A stretch of DNA of 64,000 nucleotides from a virus (lineage: Duplodnaviria; Caudoviricetes). The position numbers were made by a program, and so were the translations under genes. The stretch lies in the IMG/VR virus record IMGVR_UViG_3300035698_013504, positions 96,001 through 160,000 of that record. One strand, 5' to 3'. The notes below the pieces were generated by a model. The model saw nothing but the letters and a program-made list of their open reading frames with translations, was not told where the DNA came from and did not search any database. Below are positions 35,623 through 45,541 of the stretch, one piece after another (the first letter of the stretch is position 1; the number at the start of each line of letters is the position of its first letter).

Positions 35623-36155
35623 GCCAATCTGATGATCGTATCCGACAGACCGTAAGTGATCTGAAGGATGCCTATTTGGACTTGATGCGCATGTGGAAAC
35701 CAGATGCACGACGCATGGGCAATAAGTACGATAAGAGACTTTACAAGTTGGCGTCTGAGCTTGTAGAGGTAGGCGGGAGCCCATGGGGTTACATGCGCTA
35801 TATGCACCGGCTGTACGGTAATCGTACCGGGCAGGTGTGGCCAAACCAGTTCCTGTCTGCGATGGCATTGACTGCGTATGGGCAGGACTTTGAGAATGAG
35901 CAGCGTGTACGTCGTATCCTGTTGCGTGCTGGCGCCAGCGTCGTTGCTGTCGAGATGCGCATAGGCAGGAGTCTTGAGGACGCGCTGTTGGATGAGCGTC
36001 TGCGTATCCCGGTCGTACTTCGTTTCTGGCTGGGACGTAGTGAAGGGCTGCCGAATGTAACCGCTATGTATGCGGAGCAAGCAGAGGAGCTGTTACGACA
36101 GGAGCCCGATTACGGAGTGGCACTACGAGAGTTTGAGGAGGCGGCAGATGTCTGA
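35619..36155 (+). CDS. hypothetical helical protein between UvsW and DnaB (possible helicase loader)
   Basis: ATG 35619 overlaps the helicase stop; function inferred from position only. Confidence 0.6.
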   Translation: MSQSDDRIRQTVSDLKDAYLDLMRMWKPDARRMGNKYDKRLYKLASELVEVGGSPWGYMRYMHRLYGNRTGQVWPNQFLSAMALTAYGQDFENEQRVRRILLRAGASVVAVEMRIGRSLEDALLDERLRIPVVLRFWLGRSEGLPNVTAMYAEQAEELLRQEPDYGVALREFEEAADV

Positions 36156-37623
36156 GATGCAACAGGGCATGCCTCAGAGTAGTGTTCTACTCCTAGTCAT
36201 GTACCTTCTCCGCTGTCCAGACATAAGGTCTGACGCAGCGGGTCGTATCAAGCCGGAGGATTTCAACAGACCCAACGAGTATCACTACCGCTTACTGTGG
36301 TCCGTGATACTTGGGTTTATCCACAAGGGACAGTCGGAGCTAATTACGCCGCAGTACTTACACAACGAGGTTGACATCCAGGCGCCGTCTGAGCCCGAGT
36401 ATCAAATGCCGGGTCTGGTAACCAGCCTTCACGCCTTTATCGACAATTGCTTTGCGCAGGACGGCGCGTTTGTAGTCGATTACGGAAAAGATCTACTTCA
36501 GACATTTCTAGACGAGCGCCGGGTTCTTGACGATTTCCGTCAGAATATTTCTGCAGGAACGGACTTGCCAGCCCTTGTGGCGTCGTTGACGCAGAACTAT
36601 GCGACGACCCGGGTTCAACGTTCGGAGATTCTTTCTCCGATGAAGCCGGGTAACGAGGAGTTTGGTGTAGCGCCAAGGCGTCCGTGTGACGTTGAGTTCA
36701 TTGACGCGCTGCTCGGCGGCGGTATGAAGCCCGGAGCCGTATACGGGCTGCTCGGCCCGTCGAGTGGTGGTAAAACGCTGTTGGCTGTTCAACTCTTGGT
36801 TGCTTATGGTATGCGTCAGCGTCATTGTGTGATGATGACCTACGAGTCTCCGGCCGCGGGTGATATCAACGATCGTATCTACGCTTGCACCACGCAGTCT
36901 GATATCCGAGAGTTTGAGAAACAGCGGGACGAGATTGACCCGGCCATCATTAAGCGTCTCACAGCCTGTCAGGCCGTCTGTGGAGATTACATTCATGTAA
37001 TTGACATGAGCGGTAGAACTGAAGGCGGAGAGCGTGGCGGCTGCGGCGGACCTGACGAGATTGCAGGTATCATTGATTCAATGGAGAAGGAGGACAGGTT
37101 ACCCGAGCTGGTGATCATTGACTGGCTATGGCCCATGATGCTTCGCTGGGTTGTAGGGCAGGGCAGGAAGGTAGACGAGGCCAGACCACTCGTTACGCTC
37201 GCGATTGATCGCCTGTGTCAAGTCGCATCCAAACACGGTAACAACTTCTGGATCACACACCAGGTTGACACCCCCGGCGCGAAGGCCAAGTCGGGTAAAA
37301 TGTTGCACTGGACAAGCTCAGCTGAGGCTAAGAACTTTGCGTGGATGGTGAACACCTGTTTCGCCCTCTCGCCTATTGATCTTAGCAACCCGGCCGAGTT
37401 TCCACTGACTACGATCACAGCGTCTAAGACTCGGAATGGTCGGTCGGATCACCGGTTCATCGAGCTGCAAGGTAAGTTCAGCCGCTTTGTTGATAGGCAC
37501 CTTGAGTGTGAGCGCGACGAGCGTTCGGGCTCGATATGTCTTATTGATGATGTGGGCGCCATACCTACTGACGCTGATGATATATCCTCAGAGATGCAGG
37601 ACGACCCAATGGGAGGCCCATAA
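36148..37623 (+). CDS. dnaB: replicative DnaB-like helicase
   Basis: GPSSGGKT (Walker A), MTYES, VIIDWL, WITHQ, KTRNG; start ATG 36148 after gaggagg. Confidence 0.85.
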   Translation: MSEMQQGMPQSSVLLLVMYLLRCPDIRSDAAGRIKPEDFNRPNEYHYRLLWSVILGFIHKGQSELITPQYLHNEVDIQAPSEPEYQMPGLVTSLHAFIDNCFAQDGAFVVDYGKDLLQTFLDERRVLDDFRQNISAGTDLPALVASLTQNYATTRVQRSEILSPMKPGNEEFGVAPRRPCDVEFIDALLGGGMKPGAVYGLLGPSSGGKTLLAVQLLVAYGMRQRHCVMMTYESPAAGDINDRIYACTTQSDIREFEKQRDEIDPAIIKRLTACQAVCGDYIHVIDMSGRTEGGERGGCGGPDEIAGIIDSMEKEDRLPELVIIDWLWPMMLRWVVGQGRKVDEARPLVTLAIDRLCQVASKHGNNFWITHQVDTPGAKAKSGKMLHWTSSAEAKNFAWMVNTCFALSPIDLSNPAEFPLTTITASKTRNGRSDHRFIELQGKFSRFVDRHLECERDERSGSICLIDDVGAIPTDADDISSEMQDDPMGGP

Positions 37624-38708
37624 TGGGCGTGTTAAACGTCGCACTTTACTCCTCCCTGGTTCGTCGCTTTGGGGAGGTACGCATCGTTGGTGGAGGGCAG
37701 CCTGTACGTTATCACGTGCTGTCCGATACGCGTAAGAGCTGGAAGGAGAGGCTTATCATTCCTCCCGGCGGCGCTGGTGAGTACTATGTAGTGTGCTGCC
37801 CGTGGTGTAACGACCGGAAGTTCAGGTTGTACATTAACCACAGGTGGAACACAACATGGGTAGACCCGGTACACGGCGAGATTGAGTTCGGAGGTTGGTT
37901 GGCCGTCTGTTACAACGAGCGTTGCTGCCAGGTCTATTCAGACTTGAAGGATCAGCTCAAGGCGTACATCTACCGCAAGAACAAGAAGCTGTGGGTGCCA
38001 CCCAAGGCGGCAACTCAGGTAGAGTTTAAGACGGTTGGTCTGCCGGGTTCGTGTGTACCCATCAACTCGTTGCCCCCAGACCACAAGGCGGTGCAGTACT
38101 TAGAGAGTCGCGGTTTCAACGTCGACCACATGAGTGAGCACTACGCTGTACAGTACTGCTGGAAAGCGACAGAGAGCCCGAACTACAAGGCGTCTCTTGT
38201 CGAGGATCGTATCGTCTTCCCCATTTACCGAGAGGGCGCGTGCATCGGCTGGCAAGCGAGGTTTGTTGGCGACCCGCCGAGCAAGAAGATTCCGAAGTAC
38301 TACACCATGCCCGGGTATCCGGTTCACTGGTGGCTGTACGGTTACGACGCTGCAAAGGAGTACCCCTACGGCGTACTCGTAGAAGGAATCCCGTCCGTAA
38401 TTCGTCTTGGACCCCCCGCTGTTGCGCTGATGGGTAAGTTCGTGTCAGCTCGGCATAGTATCCTAATGCAGGAGGCGTGGGACTCTTTGGTGATTGCCCT
38501 TGACCCAGACGTATACGAGGACAAGTCTTACGTGGCAAAGTACGTCAACGCAAACCCGTGGGAAGATCCGTATGGATCGTTCAGCCGTGGGAAAACACGA
38601 ATAATGTTCCCCAAGGACACGGACCCAGCCGATTTCCCTCAAGAAGAGAGTTGGCGAATTATAATGTCGCAAGTGAAGGAGGCCACGCCAGATGCTAGAA
38701 TGGCATGA
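37623..38708 (+). CDS. dnaG: DNA primase (DnaG/TOPRIM type)
   Basis: CCPWC..H..C Zn domain, DRIVFPI, WQAR, VLVEG, IALDPD. Confidence 0.85.
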   Translation: MGVLNVALYSSLVRRFGEVRIVGGGQPVRYHVLSDTRKSWKERLIIPPGGAGEYYVVCCPWCNDRKFRLYINHRWNTTWVDPVHGEIEFGGWLAVCYNERCCQVYSDLKDQLKAYIYRKNKKLWVPPKAATQVEFKTVGLPGSCVPINSLPPDHKAVQYLESRGFNVDHMSEHYAVQYCWKATESPNYKASLVEDRIVFPIYREGACIGWQARFVGDPPSKKIPKYYTMPGYPVHWWLYGYDAAKEYPYGVLVEGIPSVIRLGPPAVALMGKFVSARHSILMQEAWDSLVIALDPDVYEDKSYVAKYVNANPWEDPYGSFSRGKTRIMFPKDTDPADFPQEESWRIIMSQVKEATPDARMA

Positions 38709-40878
38709 GATAGAGCTTGATCCACAAGTCTTGGAGGAGAACCCCTTCACCGAGGAATTTGTTGCTCAGGCGGCGAAGATGAACTTCTCGCCTGAAGTCT
38801 ACATGCGCCATCTGATGGTGGAGCCGCTGTCAATGGTAGTTCACGACAAGTACAGTAACTCGACAGTAAGAACACACATCCCTGGCCATCTACTCGATTT
38901 TGCTAGCCCAGGGCCTCACCCCGCAGCGGTAATGATCATGGGCAAGATGCCCAACCGTGACGACGCGGCTGCAGGTAAGTACCTCGAGGGTCCTTCGGGC
39001 GATAAGCTCAAAGAGGCTTTCAAGGCTTGCAACATGAGTAGCTCTTACATGTACGCGACGAACGTCCTTAAGTTTCAGCTGCCGGAGAGTATGAAGAACC
39101 CACCGGCCGCGTTCTTAAAGTACGACCGTCCGATACTCATGCAGGAGATAGCACTCGTAAAGCCTAGATTCATCCTGTTGCTTGGTTCGATTGCTGTCAA
39201 GGCTGTCTTCGGTAAGAAGGCAACGATAACAAGGTACCGTGGAGCCCTCGTTGATTGGAACGGGGCCAGGGTGCTGGCGACAATTGATCCGGCGGTGTTA
39301 GTTCGTGACCCGAGCCTTTTACCCGGGTTCCTCTCCGACATTCGTAACTTCTGTGCAGCCATCGAAGAGGAGTCACAGGTAGAGGTAGAGCGCGAGCAGC
39401 TCAACTACTACTACATGGACACTGTTGAGAAGGTAGAGGCGTACTGTGATGTATGTGAGAAGCGTGGCGACAAGATTTTCGCGGTTGACTGTGAGTGGGC
39501 GGGCCAGAGCATATGGGATCCTGACGGATACCTACGGACCATCCAATTTTCAGCCAGACCAAGAGAAGCCGCTGTCGTTATTCTTCGAGACGAAGAAGGT
39601 CGGGAAATCCTGAGCCAACACGCTCTTCAGGTTTCTGACCGGTTACGTAAGATGCTGACGCGTGACGGCGTTGGTATCGTAGGACACTACATCCGTGCTG
39701 ACCTCCCGTGGCTTTACGACTTTGGCCTGGACCTCTTGTCGAGGGTTTGCTTCGACACGATCCTGGCGAGCCACTTGTTACAGGAGTCGCTGGACCACAA
39801 GTTGGAATCTTGCGCTGTCCGACACACTACGATGGGTAGATACGACTTGGCGGTAAAGCTTTGGCTGTCTGATAACAAGACCAAAGAGGATCTCAAGGCG
39901 GAGGGTTATCGGGACGTACCGGACGAGTTACTTCTTCCGTACGCCGCCGCCGATGCCGACGTTACACGTAGGATCTATGAGTTGTTCCACGCTGAGCTTG
40001 AGCGTGACCCGATGTTACACAACCTGTATTACAACGTGGTCATGCGAGCGACGTACCCTATTCTCGAGATGGAGATGAGCGGCATAGCTGTCGATAAAGA
40101 CAGGCTGCTGTTCATGCGCGATGTTTACGAGAAGCGCCTAAATGAGATGATAGACGAGCTACGCCAGATGATTGGTGACCCGGAGTTCAACGTGAGGTCA
40201 CCTCTTCAGGTACAGCAGCTTCTTTTCATGGAGGCTCCAAGAGGATTGGGCTTAACGCCCGTTAAGAGTACAGCCGCAACTCATAACATGGATTGGGAGA
40301 CCGCGGTTCGTAAGTTTGAGAAGCGTGAGATCTTCATCCCACCCCAGCCGTCGACGGATAGCGAGTCGTTGAGTATTCTTGCCGTGGAGTCTCCGATTGC
40401 CGAGTTGGTGCGGGATATCCGCATGGTGGACCAGGTAACGAAGAACTTCTTGCAGGGACCCGACGACACCGGCGAGTACAGCCGTGGCTTGATTGGGGCC
40501 ATTGACCCCGACGGCCGGATACGCACGAACCTAAGCCAGATGACGGAGACAGGCAGGCATAGATCGTTCAATCCTAATCTGCAGAACATCACGAAGGCAA
40601 AGGAAGATGATCTCGCTAAGATCATGGGACCCGGTGTCCCCACGATGCGTTCGTGCTTCATCGCCTCACCCGGGTGTGTATTGATTGAGGCAGACTACGT
40701 GTCAGCGGAAGTTATTGTGCTTGGTCACCTTTCTGGCGATCAGAGATTGTTAGCTGACGCTAAAGGAGATATCCACTCTCAGAATGCTGTGGATTTGATC
40801 GGAGCGCAGTGTAGTGTGGAGGAAGTGAAAGAAGCCTTCCCAGGGCTTCGCGTGGCAGCCAAATCCTTGACTTTCGGT
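38692..40878 (+). CDS. polA: family A DNA polymerase with N-terminal uracil-DNA glycosylase (family 4-like) domain and 3'-5' exonuclease; exon 1
   Basis: MIMGKMPN..D...G..LEGPSG, YATNVLKF and ILLLGSIA (UDG); FAVDCE and YAAADAD (exonuclease); TGR...NPNLQNI, LIEADY..AEV, KSLTFG (PolA motifs). Ends in U at 40878. Confidence 0.9.
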
Positions 40879-41746
40879 CGAATGTCGAGTAGCATGGTTG
40901 CAGTTGTCACGCGTGATCGTAATCAAGGAGAGCAGCCATGCCCAGATCAATGTCTATCGAGAAGAACTGTGAACAGTGCGGTAAAAAGTTTTCCCCAAGC
41001 AATAGAGGTAAGCGCGGAAGGGAGCAGAAGTATTGCTCTTCATCGTGTGGACTTCGTGGCGCCAGACCGTCTAGAGAAGTGTGTTGCAAGTATTGTAAGA
41101 CAACGTTTCTCCACCGAGGTAGAGGCCGACGGCTATTTTGCGATCGTTGTATGGTCGTGCGTCGGCGGGAGTACACGCTGGAGTACCGTATACGCCAGGG
41201 TACTATTGAAAAACCAGGCGTTGGGTCAGGAGGTAACCAGTGGGGTGAGAAGAATCACAGCTGGAAGCCGGTGGATCAGCGGAAAACCACGAAGTACAAA
41301 GGAAACTATCGGACAAGATGTTTTCGTGTGTGGGATAAAACGTGTGTCGTCTGCGGATCAGAGGATCGCATACAAGCCCACCATATTGACGGAGACTCAC
41401 AGAACTTTAAGACAGACAACCTTGTGCCCCTTTGCCATGAGCACCACTGGGTGGTGCATCACGACAGACGAGCTACAAAGGAAGAGCTACTCGACGCTCT
41501 ATTCAAGATCTGGCCAAAAGGCCGAATCAAAATCGCGGAAAAAACGGGGATCTCCCACGTGGACAACCCGAGGTGAAGGCCGCTGTAAAGGCGCCCAGCC
41601 GCAACGACTAGGTGGTGAGGCCGGTGTTAGTGTTCCGGCGTATAATCTACCCACGAGGCCGCGACCTGGAAACAGGAAGAGATAGTCTGGCCTTACAGGT
41701 AACTGTAAGAAGCACCGGATAAAGAGCCGGTGCGATAACAACAGCG
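40879..41746 (+). mobile_element. group I self-splicing intron (868 nt) in polymerase motif B
   Basis: P1: exon ttcggU pairs with gtcgag (U-G at the splice site). P10: gaat with exon 2 attc. P7: GACUA (41606-10) and AAGAGAUAGUC (41677-87). P9 stems cttacag/ctgtaag and gcaccgg/ccggtgc. Terminal G at 41746. Splicing restores AKSLTFG|IPYSRGA. Confidence 0.92.
40938..41576 (+). CDS. intron-encoded HNH homing endonuclease with N-terminal Zn fingers
   Basis: CEQCG..YCSSSC, CKYC..FCDRC, GEKNHSWK, CVVCG....AHHIDG...N...NLVPLCHEHHWVVH. Confidence 0.9.
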   Translation: MPRSMSIEKNCEQCGKKFSPSNRGKRGREQKYCSSSCGLRGARPSREVCCKYCKTTFLHRGRGRRLFCDRCMVVRRREYTLEYRIRQGTIEKPGVGSGGNQWGEKNHSWKPVDQRKTTKYKGNYRTRCFRVWDKTCVVCGSEDRIQAHHIDGDSQNFKTDNLVPLCHEHHWVVHHDRRATKEELLDALFKIWPKGRIKIAEKTGISHVDNPR

Positions 41747-42340
41747 ATTCCGTATTCAAGAGGCGCCAGAGCGGTTGCCCGAGAAATTCAACGAAGAGGC
41801 GTACCCTGTACGCCGGAGCAAGCTCAAGGTTTTATCGATGCATACAATCTGAAGTACATGTATGTGGCGGAGTTTATGAAGGATGTGAAGTCCGCCGTCA
41901 CAGATCCTGGTTATGTTGTGAGTCCATTCGGTCGTCGCCGTCGTTTCGGTGGCGCCGAGATTAACGACACCTCAATCATTGCAGCAATGCAGCGTGAAGC
42001 AGGCAACTTTCCCATCCAATCTACGGTAGCAGATATCCTAAATAGCGCGGCGTATGCGCTATGGCTCTACAGACACTTTCATCCGGACGCTCCGGAGTTT
42101 AAGATAGTCCTAGCTATACATGACGCCCTTCTCGTCGAATGTGCCGCGAGAGATGCGCACCGTGTAGCAACGGCGCTGTCTATGTGTATGTGCAGCGTTA
42201 AGGTACCGCATTTTAATTTCTCGCTCGAAGTGGACGTAGACGTGTTCATGGAGTGGGGAATTCACCCAAGGAAGGAGGATCTCATAGCACGAGGAATGCC
42301 TGAAGAACATGCTTTGATGTATGCTGCAGAGGAAAAGTGA
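41747..42340 (+). CDS. polA: family A DNA polymerase exon 2
   Basis: IPYSRGA (motif B end), SPFGRRR, REAGNFPIQSTVAD, AIHDALL (motif C). Confidence 0.9.
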   Translation: MPYSRGARAVAREIQRRGVPCTPEQAQGFIDAYNLKYMYVAEFMKDVKSAVTDPGYVVSPFGRRRRFGGAEINDTSIIAAMQREAGNFPIQSTVADILNSAAYALWLYRHFHPDAPEFKIVLAIHDALLVECAARDAHRVATALSMCMCSVKVPHFNFSLEVDVDVFMEWGIHPRKEDLIARGMPEEHALMYAAEEK

Positions 42341-42389
42341 CAATGACAATGGTCAACGTAAACGACAATGAGATCAAGGAGACGTACGT

Positions 42390-43829
42390 ATGAGTTACAA
42401 AGATCAACGCGGTGGCGGAGACGGCCTGGACACGATCCCCGGGTTTTCCGTCAAGCAGAAGGGTCAGCCGCATGACACGTTCTCGCCGACCTTCAAGGAT
42501 GGGCACGTCTTGACTTTCCGCCCGTTCCCCGAGGTTCTCAAGGACGGGACCGAAGCCGAGTGGCGTACCGGCCCTAACGAATTTGAGTTTGGCAACCAGA
42601 TGTGCGCCGTGAAGATGGTTCGCTACTGGGGCGCCAACGACAAGTTCACGTTCATCTGTACCCTGCCGGACAGCGAAGGTGGGCAGGAAGCCGCAAGCCC
42701 GGCCGAGATGTTCTACCGTGCCATCAAGCGCGCGGTGGACCAGAAGGACCCGCTCTATCCGATGCACTGGTACGAGTGGTTCGCAGGCGGTCAGAATCAA
42801 GGCGAGGCCCTTTCGGCTCCCAAGATTCACCTGATGCTTCAGGGCGCGGTCCTTCAGGACGGCCCGAAGCAGTACGTTGACCCCTCGACGGGCCAGGCAT
42901 CCCCTAAGATGCCCGCCATCCTCATGCTGCCCGTGTCTGCCCGCATGGAGATCGAGCGCAAGATGAACGAGGAAGTAAAGGGATATCAAGGTTCCTTCGA
43001 AGACTACGCGAATAAGTTTTCGATGGGTGACGTTTTCAGCTGTGCCGGTGGCCACGCCATCAGCATATACAAAGCCCCACCGGCCCCGAACGTTAGGCCT
43101 CACTATGAGGTGGTTCCCACCCCGACAGTGATGCCGATTCCGGTGAACTTGGTTGCCCAGCACTGGCGTCCGTGGGATGAGTTGCTTCATCACATGCCCG
43201 CCGCTGAGCAGGTTAGGCTCATCGAGAGAGCGTTCTCTCCCGAGGCCGTTGATTACGCGTTCTCGACGACCCCTCACGCTAAGCTTGTTAGCGACGGCGT
43301 GAAGGGCACGTGGGCAGCGTACAAGGCGACGAGGCAGCAATCGCAGCAGCCTCAAGGTGGAGGTTATGCGGCTCCCCAGCCGTACAGCCCGCCGATGTCT
43401 CCTCAGCAGGCGGCTCCCATGCAGCCCGTAGCTGCTCCTCAGGCGCCTCCTGCGACCTTTACCCCTCCCCAGGCACCCACGGCTCCCCCCGTGGCTCCTG
43501 CGGTCCCCCAGACGGCTTCCGGAGCGCCTGGTACGTTCGGTCAGCCGCTGCAAGCCCCAGCACTTGGAGCTATGCCGCCGGTTGATTGGGGTCAAGGTGC
43601 CCCCCAGGAGTCTACAGAGGCTCCAGCAGCTCCCGCAGCGCCCCCGGCGGCCCCGTCGGCGGCAGCTCAAGCTCAGGACTTTACAGCTAACCCCGTCGGT
43701 GACCCGGCGCAGGGCGATGCGATGATGTCCGACGCAATGTCGGAGTTGGGTAAGGCTCAGGCTATGGCCGGTGCATCACCTCCGGAGGCAACCCCTCCCG
43801 AGGCACCGACGCAGCCGACGCCGTTTTAG
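42390..43829 (+). CDS. putative single-stranded DNA-binding protein (gp32-like position) with a long Pro/Ala/Gln tail
   Basis: Follows polA; LTFRPFP motif; aromatic-rich core; low-complexity tail of about 170 aa. Confidence 0.5.
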   Translation: MSYKDQRGGGDGLDTIPGFSVKQKGQPHDTFSPTFKDGHVLTFRPFPEVLKDGTEAEWRTGPNEFEFGNQMCAVKMVRYWGANDKFTFICTLPDSEGGQEAASPAEMFYRAIKRAVDQKDPLYPMHWYEWFAGGQNQGEALSAPKIHLMLQGAVLQDGPKQYVDPSTGQASPKMPAILMLPVSARMEIERKMNEEVKGYQGSFEDYANKFSMGDVFSCAGGHAISIYKAPPAPNVRPHYEVVPTPTVMPIPVNLVAQHWRPWDELLHHMPAAEQVRLIERAFSPEAVDYAFSTTPHAKLVSDGVKGTWAAYKATRQQSQQPQGGGYAAPQPYSPPMSPQQAAPMQPVAAPQAPPATFTPPQAPTAPPVAPAVPQTASGAPGTFGQPLQAPALGAMPPVDWGQGAPQESTEAPAAPAAPPAAPSAAAQAQDFTANPVGDPAQGDAMMSDAMSELGKAQAMAGASPPEATPPEAPTQPTPF

Positions 43830-43840
43830 TAGCACGTTAC
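43829..43840. promoter_or_regulatory. palindromic operator-like motif gtagcacgttac
   Basis: Matches GYARC-NN-GYTRC directly after the stop codon. Confidence 0.55.
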
Positions 43841-43848
43841 AGACGTAA

Positions 43849-43875
43849 GGGGGTCGGGCATTGTGCCCGACCCCC
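43849..43875 (+). terminator. perfect 12-bp hairpin gggggtcgggca-ttg-tgcccgaccccc
   Basis: Intergenic after the SSB-like gene; poor U-tract. Confidence 0.55.
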
Positions 43876-43909
43876 ACCTCTTGGGTTGTTCATTGAGGAG
43901 GTTGTATAG

Positions 43910-44251
43910 GTGGTAGGCCGCGATAGAAGACTGTACATCGAGCTTTTCCACGGCCGTGAAGCCGGTGACGAGCTGGAGGATTGGGGAGAACCCGGGCCGG
44001 TTTTTGGTCCATGTTGTTGGGTACACACAACGTACGCGAACCACATTCGTGGTGGCGATGATGACGGTGAGATTTTTGAGGTCTTCACCGAAGACGATAT
44101 GATCTACTACGACGGGATGTGGTACGGAGACTGGTCGATCTTCCCTGTCGGAACGTTTGAGCAGGAGAGTGACCTACGCCAACGATTGACCATATTTGAC
44201 CCAGAGCTGGCTAAGATACCGGAGAAGACGCATGGCGAAGAAGAAGGTTAA
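43910..44251 (+). CDS. hypothetical acidic protein (113 aa)
   Basis: GTG start after gaggagg. Confidence 0.65.
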   Translation: MVGRDRRLYIELFHGREAGDELEDWGEPGPVFGPCCWVHTTYANHIRGGDDDGEIFEVFTEDDMIYYDGMWYGDWSIFPVGTFEQESDLRQRLTIFDPELAKIPEKTHGEEEG

Positions 44252-45470
44252 CAAGATTGCCCCCGCGGACTTTGTGACGTCGATGTGTCAAAACGCACAA
44301 GCCAAGGCGGGAGCCGAGAAGGTGTACGTTGCCAGCGAGCACGAGAAGCGCGAGTGGGGCCTGCCGATACCATGGCTTGCTCTCCAGTGGCTTCTCCACA
44401 GCAATGTCTTCCTCCTCCAAAAGGTGTGGGGCGCTGCAGGTCTGCCTCACAGCTGTAAGTCCGCGTTTCTTTTCGAGCTCTTTCGTATTCACGCTATGTA
44501 CGGCGGCGTTGGAGCCCTGATTGAGACAGAGGGCAAGTTCTCCCACGAGTTGTTCAAGGCGATCCTCTGGGATCTCGAGGACAACATTATGTACCAACGT
44601 GCTGAGACCGTTGACGAGGTACAGTGCGCGGCAACAAACGTTCTCAAGTTTATCAAGAACAGTTCAAAGACCAAAGAGCAGATCGTTATGCTCGGCATCG
44701 ACAGCCTGACTGGCACGCTCGGCGAGGAGATGAAGAAGAAGATCGGAGAGGAAGGCCATGCCGACAGAGCTTTCCCCGAGACGGCGCTTAAGTATGCCCC
44801 CTACTTCCAGTATCTCACGGGCGAGCTTGTTGGCTGGCCGATTACAGCTGCGTTCACCAACCACCGTAAGAAGGATGTGGATGGCGGCGCCGACAGGACA
44901 CCCGGCGGGTCTTCGCAGAACTTCCACGCGTCGATCTACCTGTGGATGGACAAGCTTGGCCAGGACCGCCCTAAGGCCGACGGCACCGAGGGTCGTATGA
45001 TTCGCTTCCGCACGAAGAAGAATTCGTTTGGACCCAACGACCGGCGTATCGCTTGCGAGTTCAAGTGGTGGTGGGACGTGGATCCCGAGACCGGCTTAAG
45101 GTATCAACGTGCTATCTGGGATTGGGATGCGGCTACAGCACACATGCTTAGCCAGAAGCTGATTAAGACCGGCATGCCGACGAAGGTTGGCGACATCATC
45201 AACGTGAAGGCCGACGGGTTGAAGTACAGCTGTAAGCTTCTTGGCTTGAAGGATGTTACGGCTCACGAAATGGGCGTTGCTATCCACAACGACCCCGAGC
45301 TTATGCGGGAGCTTGGAGATGCCCTGGCCATACATCAGTATGAGTCGTATGGCGGTGTGCAGGCTATTCAGTCCGTGCTTGATGAGGAAGCAGCGAAGCG
45401 TGCAAACGCTGAGAATGTTGAAGGTGTAGTCGACTATGTGCCAGAGGAAGGTGAGAGTGTTGACGTTTAG
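44232..45470 (+). CDS. recA: RecA/UvsX-like recombinase
   Basis: AGLPHSCKS (variant Walker A), LIETEGK, MLGIDSL (Walker B), AFTNH, TPGG, FRTKKN. Confidence 0.75.
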   Translation: MAKKKVNKIAPADFVTSMCQNAQAKAGAEKVYVASEHEKREWGLPIPWLALQWLLHSNVFLLQKVWGAAGLPHSCKSAFLFELFRIHAMYGGVGALIETEGKFSHELFKAILWDLEDNIMYQRAETVDEVQCAATNVLKFIKNSSKTKEQIVMLGIDSLTGTLGEEMKKKIGEEGHADRAFPETALKYAPYFQYLTGELVGWPITAAFTNHRKKDVDGGADRTPGGSSQNFHASIYLWMDKLGQDRPKADGTEGRMIRFRTKKNSFGPNDRRIACEFKWWWDVDPETGLRYQRAIWDWDAATAHMLSQKLIKTGMPTKVGDIINVKADGLKYSCKLLGLKDVTAHEMGVAIHNDPELMRELGDALAIHQYESYGGVQAIQSVLDEEAAKRANAENVEGVVDYVPEEGESVDV

Positions 45471-45472
45471 TC

Positions 45473-45501
45473 TTGACACAGGATGTCCCTTCAGATAGCA
45501 T
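45473..45501 (+). promoter_or_regulatory. sigma70-type promoter TTGACA-N17-TAGCAT
   Basis: Immediately after the recA stop; implies the next gene starts at GTG 45542. Confidence 0.65.
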
Positions 45502-45541
45502 GGTGGTTGGTAAAACACCATACAAGTCGGAGGTACTCCAG

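Noticed and set aside
38692-41685. 997-aa single-ORF polymerase as given in the ORF track
   Set aside because: Residues after KSLTFG are intron read-through; motif C lies in exon 2 (41747-42340).
42282-43670. 462-aa minus-strand ORF
   Set aside because: Antisense shadow of the high-GC3, Pro/Ala-rich SSB-like gene; R/G/L-rich composition with no motifs.
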